Source: Solobacterium sp.
GTDB taxonomy: Bacteria; Bacillota_I; Bacilli_A; Erysipelotrichales; Erysipelotrichaceae
Assembly (NCBI GenBank): GCA_017539385.1
Contig: JAFYHC010000016.1
Coordinates: 1,779-65,778, forward strand
Direction: 5' to 3'
DNA: 64,000 bases
Within the stretch, counting starts at the first letter, position 1, and every line of letters starts with the position of its first letter. Both the position numbers and the translations under genes were made by a program. The notes below the pieces were generated by a model. It had not been told where the DNA came from and made no database searches. It was given only the letters and a program-made list of their open reading frames with translations. Positions 11,373 to 19,914 of this stretch are shown piece by piece.

Positions 11373-12419
11373 TTATGTATTCGAATGAAACAGGATGGCT
11401 GCCAGAATGACAGCGGAGATGAGATAGCCGAATCCCACCGGCATATAGAAGATCTTGCAGAGACCTGCAAATTCCCGGATCATTGCACTTGGCCAGTAAT
11501 ACAGCGCAGTATGTGCACCGACACCGTCCGCCTCAAGATCGTTCTGTGCTGCGTAGATCAGTGCCCGCAATACGTGGTAATTGGATGTACAGATGGCAAT
11601 GGGACCGTGTTCTCCGCGGCTTTCGATCAGTGCTTTGGAATTCCGCAGGTTTTCCAGTGTATTCACTGACTTGTCTTCCAGCAGGATATCTTCTTCCGGA
11701 ATGCCCTGTTCTACAAGATAGTGCTTCATGGCTTCTGCTTCAGAGATCTTTTCATCCGGTCCCTGTCCGCCGGAGACGATGATCTTGGCGGGCGTTTTGC
11801 ACCGTTTGTAGATCTTGATGGCTTTGTCCAGACGCCCGGAGAGCAGCTTGGATACGCGCTCACCGCCCAGCAGTCCGCATCCCAATGCAATGATATACGA
11901 GTAGTCCCTGCGCTTAGGCATAAACAGGATCAGCCATGTATAGATCATGAAGGCAAGGAAGAGCAGGGAGATGTAGAAGACGAAATAGCCAAAGAAGAAA
12001 CGCGCTACCGGGGCAGTGCCAAGCAGAATGCTGTCGGCGTTGTCCAGTGATACAACAAAGTAGAATTCACCGGCAAAGATCAATATGCCAAATGCCATGG
12101 ACAGCAGATTGGCAACGGACAGTCCTTCCCGCTTGATCATCAGGAATCCATTCAGGATCAAAAGGAACGGTATGATCACGACCAGGCACACGGTAAACAA
12201 TGCATACCAGATCAGGATCGTATTGCCCATTGGTGTGCCAATGTGCATCAGATAGAACGATATGGCCAGCATCAGCAGAAATGCCAGCAGAAGCAGTGCA
12301 TTGCGGAACCGTCTGCGGTCTTTTACAAAGCCCACGATGAATAAAACAAACAGGATGACCGTGAGGCTGTAACATAATATGCGTAATGTACTCATACTAT
12401 GTAGTATACCTTGGATCAT
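11373..12419 (-). CDS. YdcF/ElyC (DUF218) family membrane protein
   Basis: IIALGCG, RLDKA, IVSGGQGPDE.ISEAEAM, LEDKSVNTLEN, TSNYHVLRA. Confidence 0.9.
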   Translation of the reverse strand: MIQGILHSMSTLRILCYSLTVILFVLFIVGFVKDRRRFRNALLLLAFLLMLAISFYLMHIGTPMGNTILIWYALFTVCLVVIIPFLLILNGFLMIKREGLSVANLLSMAFGILIFAGEFYFVVSLDNADSILLGTAPVARFFFGYFVFYISLLFLAFMIYTWLILFMPKRRDYSYIIALGCGLLGGERVSKLLSGRLDKAIKIYKRCKTPAKIIVSGGQGPDEKISEAEAMKHYLVEQGIPEEDILLEDKSVNTLENLRNSKALIESRGEHGPIAICTSNYHVLRALIYAAQNDLEADGVGAHTALYYWPSAMIREFAGLCKIFYMPVGFGYLISAVILAAILFHSNT

Positions 12420-12428
12420 CCTGTCTTG

Positions 12429-13376
12429 TCATTGTGTCAGCCGGATCAATAATTCCAGAAAGTCGATCGAATCGATATCTCCGGCAGCCAGCTTATCCAA
12501 TAGCGCACTGACTTCCGCAGGGACTTCTTCTCCCTGCAGCAGATACAGCAGTTTGATATAGCGGATCAGTTCTTCTGTACCCATATTGGGATCCAGTCCT
12601 TCAAAGGCTTCTTCCTTCTGTTCTTCGGAAGGAATCGGGGCATCTTCACGGATCTCATAGGTACAGGTGTTATGCGCAGTGACGCCATTGCGGTCCGCTG
12701 CTGTTACTGTGATGGTATAGATGCCCGGTACCGTGATATCACCGGAAGCGTGCACGGTATAGGTGCCGGGTGTTGGTGTCTCTTTGTCCGCAAGATATTC
12801 CAGCGCACCATCCACCGGATCATTCACCGAGAGTATATTGGACAATGCATTGTAGTCACTGTGTTCGTACAGGACGACCGTGTCTTCGAAGAAGGTAATT
12901 TCCGGTGCCTTCGTATCATTGACTTCATATATCAGTTCAGCGTCTTCTTTGCGCCATCCCCGCTCAAAGCGGCATCCGATCTTCTGCACGCCCGTTTTAC
13001 TGAGATCCACCATTCCATCGCATTCTGCTTTGGTATCGGAATACAGCACAACATATTTCAATGGATCTGCTGTACCGGTTCCGTATTCCAGTGCCGGGAT
13101 CTGCTTCTGTTCAAATAACGGTCCTTTGTATCCATTCAACGGCATATACTGCAGGAAGGCAGCACACAGTACGATACATGCGGTCAACAGAGGCAGTATC
13201 ATCTTCTGCTTCAGATGCCGGTCAAAGACGTGCTGCAGAACCGGCAGGCACAGTACTGCCGCAATGGCATACAGAATGCCAAGCGGGAATCCCGCCTGTA
13301 TGGCAAACCATACACATATGATCGAAAGTGCAATGCGCAGTACATACAGAAATGTTGAAGTAAATCCCTGATTCAT
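12429..13376 (-). CDS. Membrane protein with Ig-like (DTxAP) extracellular domains
   Basis: N-terminal TMs; VNDTKAPEI, PGIYTITVTAADRNG; RBS GGAGG before ATG 13376. Confidence 0.65.
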   Translation of the reverse strand: MNQGFTSTFLYVLRIALSIICVWFAIQAGFPLGILYAIAAVLCLPVLQHVFDRHLKQKMILPLLTACIVLCAAFLQYMPLNGYKGPLFEQKQIPALEYGTGTADPLKYVVLYSDTKAECDGMVDLSKTGVQKIGCRFERGWRKEDAELIYEVNDTKAPEITFFEDTVVLYEHSDYNALSNILSVNDPVDGALEYLADKETPTPGTYTVHASGDITVPGIYTITVTAADRNGVTAHNTCTYEIREDAPIPSEEQKEEAFEGLDPNMGTEELIRYIKLLYLLQGEEVPAEVSALLDKLAAGDIDSIDFLELLIRLTQ

Positions 13377-13489
13377 AACCCACCTCCTGCATTCCAAGTG
13401 TAGCACGGTTATAAACCATCTGAAAAAAGGGAGTACAAGGGAAAATACTGTCCAACAGCACATGTTTTGGGATATACTTTAAGAAACCG

Positions 13490-13686
13490 CTGAACGGAAC
13501 AAGTACGACAGACCTCTCTGTACAAAGAGAAGGACCGGCCGGTGAAAGGTCCCTGCAGAATTCTGTCCGAATGCCTCCGGGAGGGCTGCTCCGATACGTA
13601 GGACAGACGTCATGCACGTTACGCATACCGAGAAGCAAGAAAAGTGGAACCACGCACAGGCGTCTTTTTGGAAAGACGTTTTTTAT
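13490..13686 (+). promoter_or_regulatory. T-box riboswitch (Cys specifier UGC) with terminator
   Basis: AGAGA...GGTGAAA stem I motifs, specifier loop CTGCAGAA (UGC=Cys), T-box AAGTGGAACCACG near 13642-13654, terminator GCGTCTTT/AAAGACGT plus T run; upstream of cysS. Confidence 0.9.
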
Positions 13687-13698
13687 TGGGAGGAATAT

Positions 13699-15039
13699 AT
13701 GATCAGACTGTACAACTCAAAAACACTGAAAGTGGAAGAATTCAAACCGATCCAGGAAGGACACGTCAATATGTATGTATGCGGTCCGACTGTCTATAAC
13801 CATGCACATATCGGCAATGCCCGTCCGATGGTCGTCTTCGATGTATTAAAGCGTCTGCTGGAAGCGGAAGGCTACACGGTTACCTATGTATCCAACTTCA
13901 CCGATGTGGATGACAAGATCATCAACAAGGCACGGGAAGAAGGAACAACGGAACAGGTGATCGCAGAGCGCTATATCGATGCATACCGCGAAGTACGCCG
14001 CCTGCTCAATACCGAAGAACCGGATATTACGCCGCGCGTTACCGAGACCATGGATGAGATCATTGCATTCATCGATGAGCTGGTCAAAAGCGGTCATGCC
14101 TACGTGGCAGACGGTGACGTGTATTTTTCCGTAGAGAGTGTACCGACCTATGGTGAGATCTCCCACCAAAAGCTGGACCAGCTGGAAGCCGGTGCATCCG
14201 AGCGTGTCGAAGAAAATACCCAGAAGAAAGACCCGTATGACTTTGCATTATGGAAAAAGACAGACATGGGTATTAAATGGAACAGTCCGTGGGGCGAAGG
14301 ACGTCCGGGCTGGCATACCGAGTGCGTCGTCATGATCAACAACAACCTCGGCGAAAAGATTGATATCCACGGCGGCGGAATGGACCTCAAATTCCCGCAC
14401 CATGAAAACGAAGCAGCACAGCAGGAAGCACTGCACGGCAACAGCCTTGCTAATTTCTGGATTCACAATGCCATGGTCAACGTAGACGGCGTCAAGATGT
14501 CCAAGTCCCTTGGCAATACATTATGGGCCAAGGATGTCGTACAGAATCTGGGCACGAATCTGACCAGATGGCTGATCAGCTCCGTACATTACCGCAAGGA
14601 ACTGAATTTCTCCGATGAGACCATCGCAACAGCACGCAAGGAACTCGAACGCGTTCTCAACCCGATCCATCAGGCAGATGTCAAACAGGCAATGGCTGGT
14701 GCAGCCGGCACAGAGGACTTTGACCATGCGGAATACCGGGCATTCCTGGACTGCCTGGATGATGATATGAATACACCGAATGCCTACGCAGTCATCTTTG
14801 AAACGATCAAGAAGCTCAACGGTGCACTGCGCCAGAGAGAGATCGACTATGTCACTGTGGACATGTACCGCAATGCAGTGGAAAAAATGTTGAATGTATT
14901 AGGCATCACGGTGGAAAAACCGGTCATCACGGAGGAAGATAAAGAACTGTATGCAAAGTGGAATGAAGCCAAGAAGGCAAAAGACTTTGCATCGGCAGAT
15001 ATTTACCGTGCAAAGCTGACGGAGCGGGGCATTCTCTGA
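13699..15039 (+). CDS. cysS: Cysteine--tRNA ligase
   Basis: YVCGPTVY..HIGN, GRPGWHTEC, HGGGMDLKFPHHENE, KMSKS. Confidence 0.98.
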   Translation: MIRLYNSKTLKVEEFKPIQEGHVNMYVCGPTVYNHAHIGNARPMVVFDVLKRLLEAEGYTVTYVSNFTDVDDKIINKAREEGTTEQVIAERYIDAYREVRRLLNTEEPDITPRVTETMDEIIAFIDELVKSGHAYVADGDVYFSVESVPTYGEISHQKLDQLEAGASERVEENTQKKDPYDFALWKKTDMGIKWNSPWGEGRPGWHTECVVMINNNLGEKIDIHGGGMDLKFPHHENEAAQQEALHGNSLANFWIHNAMVNVDGVKMSKSLGNTLWAKDVVQNLGTNLTRWLISSVHYRKELNFSDETIATARKELERVLNPIHQADVKQAMAGAAGTEDFDHAEYRAFLDCLDDDMNTPNAYAVIFETIKKLNGALRQREIDYVTVDMYRNAVEKMLNVLGITVEKPVITEEDKELYAKWNEAKKAKDFASADIYRAKLTERGIL

Positions 15040-15428
15040 TGTCTCCTTCGGAGTGCTCTGGACGCACACTGGCGTTTCTGGGGGATGCCGTATGGTCTTT
15101 GACCGTACGGGAAGACCTCATCCTGCGCAAAGAAACACGGGGAAGCCAGCTGCAGAAGAAAAGCGTGCACTATGTCAGTGCCTATGCACAGGCGGAATTC
15201 TACCGCCGTCTGCATGAGGAGGGCTTCTTCACGGAAGCAGAAGAAGATATCTTCCGCAGGGGAAGAAACGGACATGCCGGTACAGTTCCTGCTCATACGG
15301 ATGTAGGAACATACCGGATCTCCACCGGGTTTGAAGCACTCATCGGTGCATTATACCTGGAGGGAAAGCAGGAACGGATCGGACAGATCTGGGACAAGGT
15401 CAGGACCATGACCGGGAGGGAAGTATGA
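15039..15428 (+). CDS. mrnC: Mini-ribonuclease III
   Basis: LAFLGDAV, RRGRN, YR.STGFEALIGALYL; conserved position after cysS. Confidence 0.92.
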   Translation: MSPSECSGRTLAFLGDAVWSLTVREDLILRKETRGSQLQKKSVHYVSAYAQAEFYRRLHEEGFFTEAEEDIFRRGRNGHAGTVPAHTDVGTYRISTGFEALIGALYLEGKQERIGQIWDKVRTMTGREV

Positions 15429-16150
15429 CACAATTTGTATATGGGAAGAATGTTGTAAAGCAGATCCTGATCGAGAACCAGCGGGCAAAATGTGTATACC
15501 TGAACGGCAATGATCCGGAGATCGTCAAACTGGCAAACCGGAATCATATTCCGATCCAGATGGTCAGCAAGAAAGAACTGCTGCATATGGTCAAGACAGA
15601 CCGCCATCAGGGTGTTGTCTGTTCGGTAGAACCATATAAGACCTACACACTGGATGAACTGATCGCTTCCGTACCGAAAGACCGCCACGGTCTGATCGTA
15701 CTGCTGGATGAGCTGGAAGATCCCCACAATCTCGGTGCCATCCTGCGTACGGCTGATGCCGTCGGCGCAGACGGCGTGATCTTCAAGAAGACTAACGCAG
15801 TCGGCTTAACACCGACGGTCGCAAAGGTGTCTGCCGGTGCCATAGAGACGGTCAAAAGCTGTGCGGTCACCAATCTGGCCCGTGCCATTGAAAAGCTGCA
15901 GAAAGACGGCTGGTGGGTCGTCGGCGCAGATATGGACGGACAGGATTACCGCAGTCTCGATTATGCCATGAATACCGTGCTTGTCATCGGCAACGAAGGC
16001 AGCGGCATTTCCCGCCTTGTCCGGGAGAAATGCGACTATGTCGTATCACTTCCGATGCGCGGAAAGATCACATCGCTCAATGCGTCGGTCAGTGCCGGTA
16101 TCCTGCTGTATGAGATCCAGAGCAAACGCTTCCCATTAGCGGAGGTGTAA
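15425..16150 (+). CDS. rlmB: 23S rRNA (guanosine-2'-O)-methyltransferase (SpoU/TrmH family)
   Basis: HQGV, EDPHNLGAILRTA, GNEGSG, SLNASVSAG. Confidence 0.92.
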   Translation: MTQFVYGKNVVKQILIENQRAKCVYLNGNDPEIVKLANRNHIPIQMVSKKELLHMVKTDRHQGVVCSVEPYKTYTLDELIASVPKDRHGLIVLLDELEDPHNLGAILRTADAVGADGVIFKKTNAVGLTPTVAKVSAGAIETVKSCAVTNLARAIEKLQKDGWWVVGADMDGQDYRSLDYAMNTVLVIGNEGSGISRLVREKCDYVVSLPMRGKITSLNASVSAGILLYEIQSKRFPLAEV

Positions 16151-16151
16151 G

Positions 16152-16745
16152 ATGGAAGAAAATTTATATGAACTTCTGTATATGAGTCGAATGGGTGATA
16201 CTTACGCCCGTAAGACTCTTTTTTCGTATTACCGCAAAGTCGCAAAGATCCAGTGCATCCGGGTAGAGAATACCGATCCCCGCATGGCAGCGTATGAAGA
16301 AGACCTGATCCAGGAAGGTCTCATCACCATGATGCGGGCACAGGAACTCTACCGCGAAGACATGCACGCTTCCTATGCCACCTATACAGCGATCGTGATA
16401 CGCCGCAAGATTCTGAATGTCATCCGGCATTACAAATCCCATGAGTATGTCAATGTCTGGGGCTCCGTATCACTGGATGAAGTCAATGAAAGCGGCGAGG
16501 TCTTTGAAAGTGATCCCATCGACCTTGGCAACCCGGTCTATTACGCCGACTTCTTCGCAGCAGTCAGCCGTGTCCGCCGCCTGATCGCATCGCTATCCTC
16601 GATGGAGCAATTGATCCTTCGCTGCAGCAACGAAGGCATGAGCTATGCACAAGGCGCCGCAAAAGCAGGCATCTCCGTCAAAGCCTATGACGGACGTCTG
16701 CAGAGGCTGAAAAGCCGTGTAAAAAAGGCAATATTTGCACAATGA
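16152..16745 (+). CDS. sigH: SigH-like alternative sigma factor
   Basis: EDLIQEGLI region 2, region 4 GMSY...KAYDGRLQRLK; syntenic with the sigH position. Confidence 0.75.
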   Translation: MEENLYELLYMSRMGDTYARKTLFSYYRKVAKIQCIRVENTDPRMAAYEEDLIQEGLITMMRAQELYREDMHASYATYTAIVIRRKILNVIRHYKSHEYVNVWGSVSLDEVNESGEVFESDPIDLGNPVYYADFFAAVSRVRRLIASLSSMEQLILRCSNEGMSYAQGAAKAGISVKAYDGRLQRLKSRVKKAIFAQ

Positions 16746-16751
16746 AACCGA

Positions 16752-16780
16752 TTGACGCAGTATATTTCGCGTGGTACATT
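16752..16780 (+). promoter_or_regulatory. Sigma-A promoter of rpmG-secE-nusG
   Basis: TTGACG-N17-TACATT. Confidence 0.65.
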
Positions 16781-16808
16781 TATATGGCATTTGAAGGAGT
16801 TTTTCGTA

Positions 16809-16964
16809 ATGGCAAAAAGCACTAAAGTGATTCTGGCCTGTGAAGTTTGCCTTTCGCGGAACTATTCTGTGAACCGTTCCAAGAACAGCAGCGGTTCACG
16901 GCTCGCATTGATGAAGTTCTGTCCGAAATGCAACAAGAAGACACTTCATAAAGAAACAAAGTAG
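16809..16964 (+). CDS. rpmG: 50S ribosomal protein L33 (Zn-binding C+ form)
   Basis: ILACEVC..RNY...[20 protein letters not shown]. Confidence 0.95.
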   Translation: MAKSTKVILACEVCLSRNYSVNRSKNSSGSRLALMKFCPKCNKKTLHKETK

Positions 16965-16973
16965 GAGGTTTTC

Positions 16974-17210
16974 ATGGCAGAGAAAACAACAAATACCGCA
17001 CCGGCAAAAGATCCATGGCTGACATGGAGCGGTATCAAAAAAGAAGCAAAACGTGTCAGATGGCCGGAATGGAAATCCGACGGCAGCAAAGACGGCATCG
17101 CCAAGACGACCGGTGAAGTGCTCACATTCACAGCATTCTTCGCTCTGTATTTCGTTCTGTGCGATTTCCTTGTCACATATTTACTGAAAGTGATTGGAAT
17201 AGGTGCATAA
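16974..17210 (+). CDS. secE: Preprotein translocase subunit SecE
   Basis: EAKRVRWP motif plus a single TM; between rpmG and nusG. Confidence 0.88.
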   Translation: MAEKTTNTAPAKDPWLTWSGIKKEAKRVRWPEWKSDGSKDGIAKTTGEVLTFTAFFALYFVLCDFLVTYLLKVIGIGA

Positions 17211-17211
17211 G

Positions 17212-17787
17212 ATGGCTGATAAGAAAGAACCCGAAGTAAAAGAAGAAGAAGTACAGTGGTATGTCGTCAATACTTACTCCGGACATGAAAACCGTGTAAA
17301 AGAGAATCTCGAGAAGCGTGTTGAAAGCATGGGTATCCAGGACTATCTGTTCCGCATCGTCGTAGCAGAAGAACCGGAAATCGAGATCAAAGGCGGCAAA
17401 CAGGTCGAAAAGATGCACAACCTGTTCCCCGGTTATCTGTTCGTAGAAATGAAGATGACAAACGAAGCCTGGTATGTTATCCGTAATACGCCGGGCGTCA
17501 CCGGATTTATCGGTTCTTCCGGCGGCGGTGCAAAGCCGTTCCCGGTCGCACCGGAAGAGATGGAATCCATCCTGCGCCGCATTGGCAAGAACGATAAGAA
17601 CGCAGCGATCGACTTCAAGATCGGCGACCGTGTCAAGGTACTGTCCGGACCGTTCGTTGGAAAGATCGGCCGTGTCATCGCCATGAACGACCAGACACGC
17701 ATTGCCAGCGTTTCCATCGCCATGTTCGCAGGACGTGAGATCCCGTCCGATCTGGAATATACCGATCTGGAAAAGACTGAGAAGTAA
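17212..17787 (+). CDS. nusG: Transcription termination/antitermination factor NusG
   Basis: WYVVNTYSGHENRV, FPGYLFVEM, RNTPGVTGF, KOW GDRVKVLSGPF. Confidence 0.97.
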   Translation: MADKKEPEVKEEEVQWYVVNTYSGHENRVKENLEKRVESMGIQDYLFRIVVAEEPEIEIKGGKQVEKMHNLFPGYLFVEMKMTNEAWYVIRNTPGVTGFIGSSGGGAKPFPVAPEEMESILRRIGKNDKNAAIDFKIGDRVKVLSGPFVGKIGRVIAMNDQTRIASVSIAMFAGREIPSDLEYTDLEKTEK

Positions 17788-17813
17788 TTAAATATACTGC
17801 ACAGGCATACATG

Positions 17814-17844
17814 AGCTGTGAATCATAGGATTCACGGCTTTTTT
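17814..17844 (+). terminator. Terminator after nusG
   Basis: AGCTGTGAATC/GATTCACGGCT followed by a T run. Confidence 0.75.
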
Positions 17845-17917
17845 CATAAACTGGTGTATTTCCGGGAAATCTGTCTTTTCATGATGTAGTATGGGTATAA
17901 CAGGATTGGTAAGCAGT

Positions 17918-18462
17918 ATGAAAAAACAATTGCAGGGTAATTACACAGTGCGGATCATGCTTGTACTGTGCATGATCCTTTCGCTGCTCGGAGTGTCATT
18001 TTCAGTGCGTGCGGAAGAAAGCAAAGAGATCGTACCGGACGGCAGCCTGCCCAGATCACCTACACTGTTACAAACGGTGGTCATACGGCATGGACCAGGG
18101 ATTCCAAGCAGGATATCACGATCATCGTCAAACGCAGTGAGGATGACGCATCCTGCTTCAGTCATTTCCGCAATGTCCGCATCGATGGGAAACTTCTGGA
18201 AAAAGACAAAGACTATACAGCTGTTTCCGGCAGTACGATCGTAACAGTGAAAGCAGAGACGCTGGAAGCTCTTGCGGACGGCCGACATACCATCACCTTG
18301 GAATTTGATGACGGCAAAGCGGAAACATCCCTCACCATCGCCGCAAAGGATTCGAGACGTTCACCCTATACCTCCGACTCAGGCACTATGATCTGGTTAT
18401 TCGCTCTGCTTGCATCACTGGCAGTCCTTGCAGCAGTACGCCATATGGAAAAAGCACTGTAA
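17918..18462 (+). pseudogene. Frameshifted sortase-anchored surface protein (signal peptide, X2-like Ig domain, SPYTSD sorting signal)
   Basis: Signal peptide is in one frame and the domain plus sorting signal in another; one extra C at CCC 18050-18052 would fuse them. Confidence 0.7.
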
Positions 18463-18477
18463 ATAAGCGGTTTTTGC

Positions 18478-18506
18478 TTGACGCAGGCAAAACGGTATAG
18501 TATTAT
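18478..18506 (+). promoter_or_regulatory. Sigma-A promoter of rplK-rplA
   Basis: TTGACG-N17-TATTAT. Confidence 0.7.
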
Positions 18507-18532
18507 CATTCTGCACGTTTTTAAGCGTGCTT

Positions 18533-18569
18533 CATGCGTGGGAGGAGTAATCCGCTGAACCACTGCATG
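18533..18569 (+). promoter_or_regulatory. L1-binding autoregulatory leader of rplK-rplA
   Basis: CATGC-GTGGGAGGA...TCC...GAACCAC-TGCATG hairpin with the GGGAG/ACCAC internal-loop pattern typical of L1 sites. Confidence 0.7.
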
Positions 18570-18593
18570 TGGAAATTCATAAGGAGGAGCCAC

Positions 18594-19016
18594 ATGGCAA
18601 AGAAAATCGCTAAAGTCTGCAAGCTTCAGTTCCCTGCAGGCGGCGCAAAACCAGGTCCTGCACTGGCATCCGCAGGTATCAACATGCCGAAGTTCTGCTC
18701 GGACTTCAATGACAAGACAAAAGACCGCAAGGGCGACATCGTTCCGGTCATCATCACAGCGTATGAAGACAAGTCCTTCGACTTCGTCATCAAGACAACA
18801 CCGGCTGCGAACCTTCTGAAGAAGGCTGCAGGCATTGACAAGGCTTCCGGAAACCCGAAGGCAGTCAAGGCAGGCAAGATCACAGAAGCACAGCTCCGTG
18901 AGATCGCTGAATACAAGATGCCTGATCTGAATGCGAACGACGTTGATGCGGCAATGAAGATCATTGCCGGCACAGCCCGCAACATGGGTATCACAATTGA
19001 AGGTTGGGAGGCTTAA
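18594..19016 (+). CDS. rplK: 50S ribosomal protein L11
   Basis: [42 protein letters not shown]. Confidence 0.97.
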   Translation: MAKKIAKVCKLQFPAGGAKPGPALASAGINMPKFCSDFNDKTKDRKGDIVPVIITAYEDKSFDFVIKTTPAANLLKKAAGIDKASGNPKAVKAGKITEAQLREIAEYKMPDLNANDVDAAMKIIAGTARNMGITIEGWEA

Positions 19017-19018
19017 TC

Positions 19019-19696
19019 ATGGCAGGCAAAAAGTATAACAACGCTAAGGCTATGGTAGACCGCACAACTACCTACAACTACAAAGACGCAGTTGCTCTGG
19101 CAAAGAAGACAGCTGTTACATCCTTCGACTCTTCTGTAGAAGTCAGCTTCTTCCTGAATGTTGACCCGCGTCAGGCGGAACAGAACATCCGTGGTGCTAT
19201 GGTTCTTCCCAACGGCACCGGTAAAACACGCAAGGTTCTGGTCATCACACAGGGTGCCAAGCTGGATGAAGCAAAGGCTGCTGGTGCAGACTTTGTCGGC
19301 GGAAAAGACATGATCGACGAGATCCAGAAGGGCTGGCTCGGATTTGATGTCATCGTTGCTACACCGGATATGATGGGTCAGCTTGGTAAGTTGGGCCGTC
19401 TGCTGGGACCGAGAGGCTTAATGCCGAACCCGAAGACCGGTACAGTTACAATGAACGTTGCACAGGCAATCGAAGAGATCAAGAAGGGTAAAGTTACATA
19501 CCGTGTTGACAGAGACGGAAACATCAACGTCATGATCGGTAAGTGCTCCTTCACAGAAGAAGCTCTTGCAGAGAACTACCTGGCAATCCTCGACCAGATG
19601 AAGAAGGTCAAGCCGAATACGGTTAAAGGTACCTACATCAAGAAGGTCACAATGTCCACAACAATGGGCCCGGGCATCCCGGTAACAGTTGAGTAA
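19019..19696 (+). CDS. rplA: 50S ribosomal protein L1
   Basis: [36 protein letters not shown]. Confidence 0.98.
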   Translation: MAGKKYNNAKAMVDRTTTYNYKDAVALAKKTAVTSFDSSVEVSFFLNVDPRQAEQNIRGAMVLPNGTGKTRKVLVITQGAKLDEAKAAGADFVGGKDMIDEIQKGWLGFDVIVATPDMMGQLGKLGRLLGPRGLMPNPKTGTVTMNVAQAIEEIKKGKVTYRVDRDGNINVMIGKCSFTEEALAENYLAILDQMKKVKPNTVKGTYIKKVTMSTTMGPGIPVTVE

Positions 19697-19705
19697 TTGA
19701 ACTGG

Positions 19706-19735
19706 AAGAGAGGCTGAAAAATCAGTCTCTTTTTT
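19706..19735 (+). terminator. Terminator after rplA
   Basis: AAGAGAGGCTGA/TCAGTCTCTT followed by a T run. Confidence 0.8.
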
Positions 19736-19914
19736 GTTTGGCTCCTATTTAAAGATTTTTCAAATAACGAAAAATATTTAAATAGTATTTTAAGAAAATG
19801 TAGAAAAAAGTAAAATCTTAAAATGGAATAGAAAAATGGAATAGATGAATATAAGTATATTTGTATTCCTGGATGTAAACATAATCACAGTGTGTTCTTT
19901 GCTATACTTAAGAC

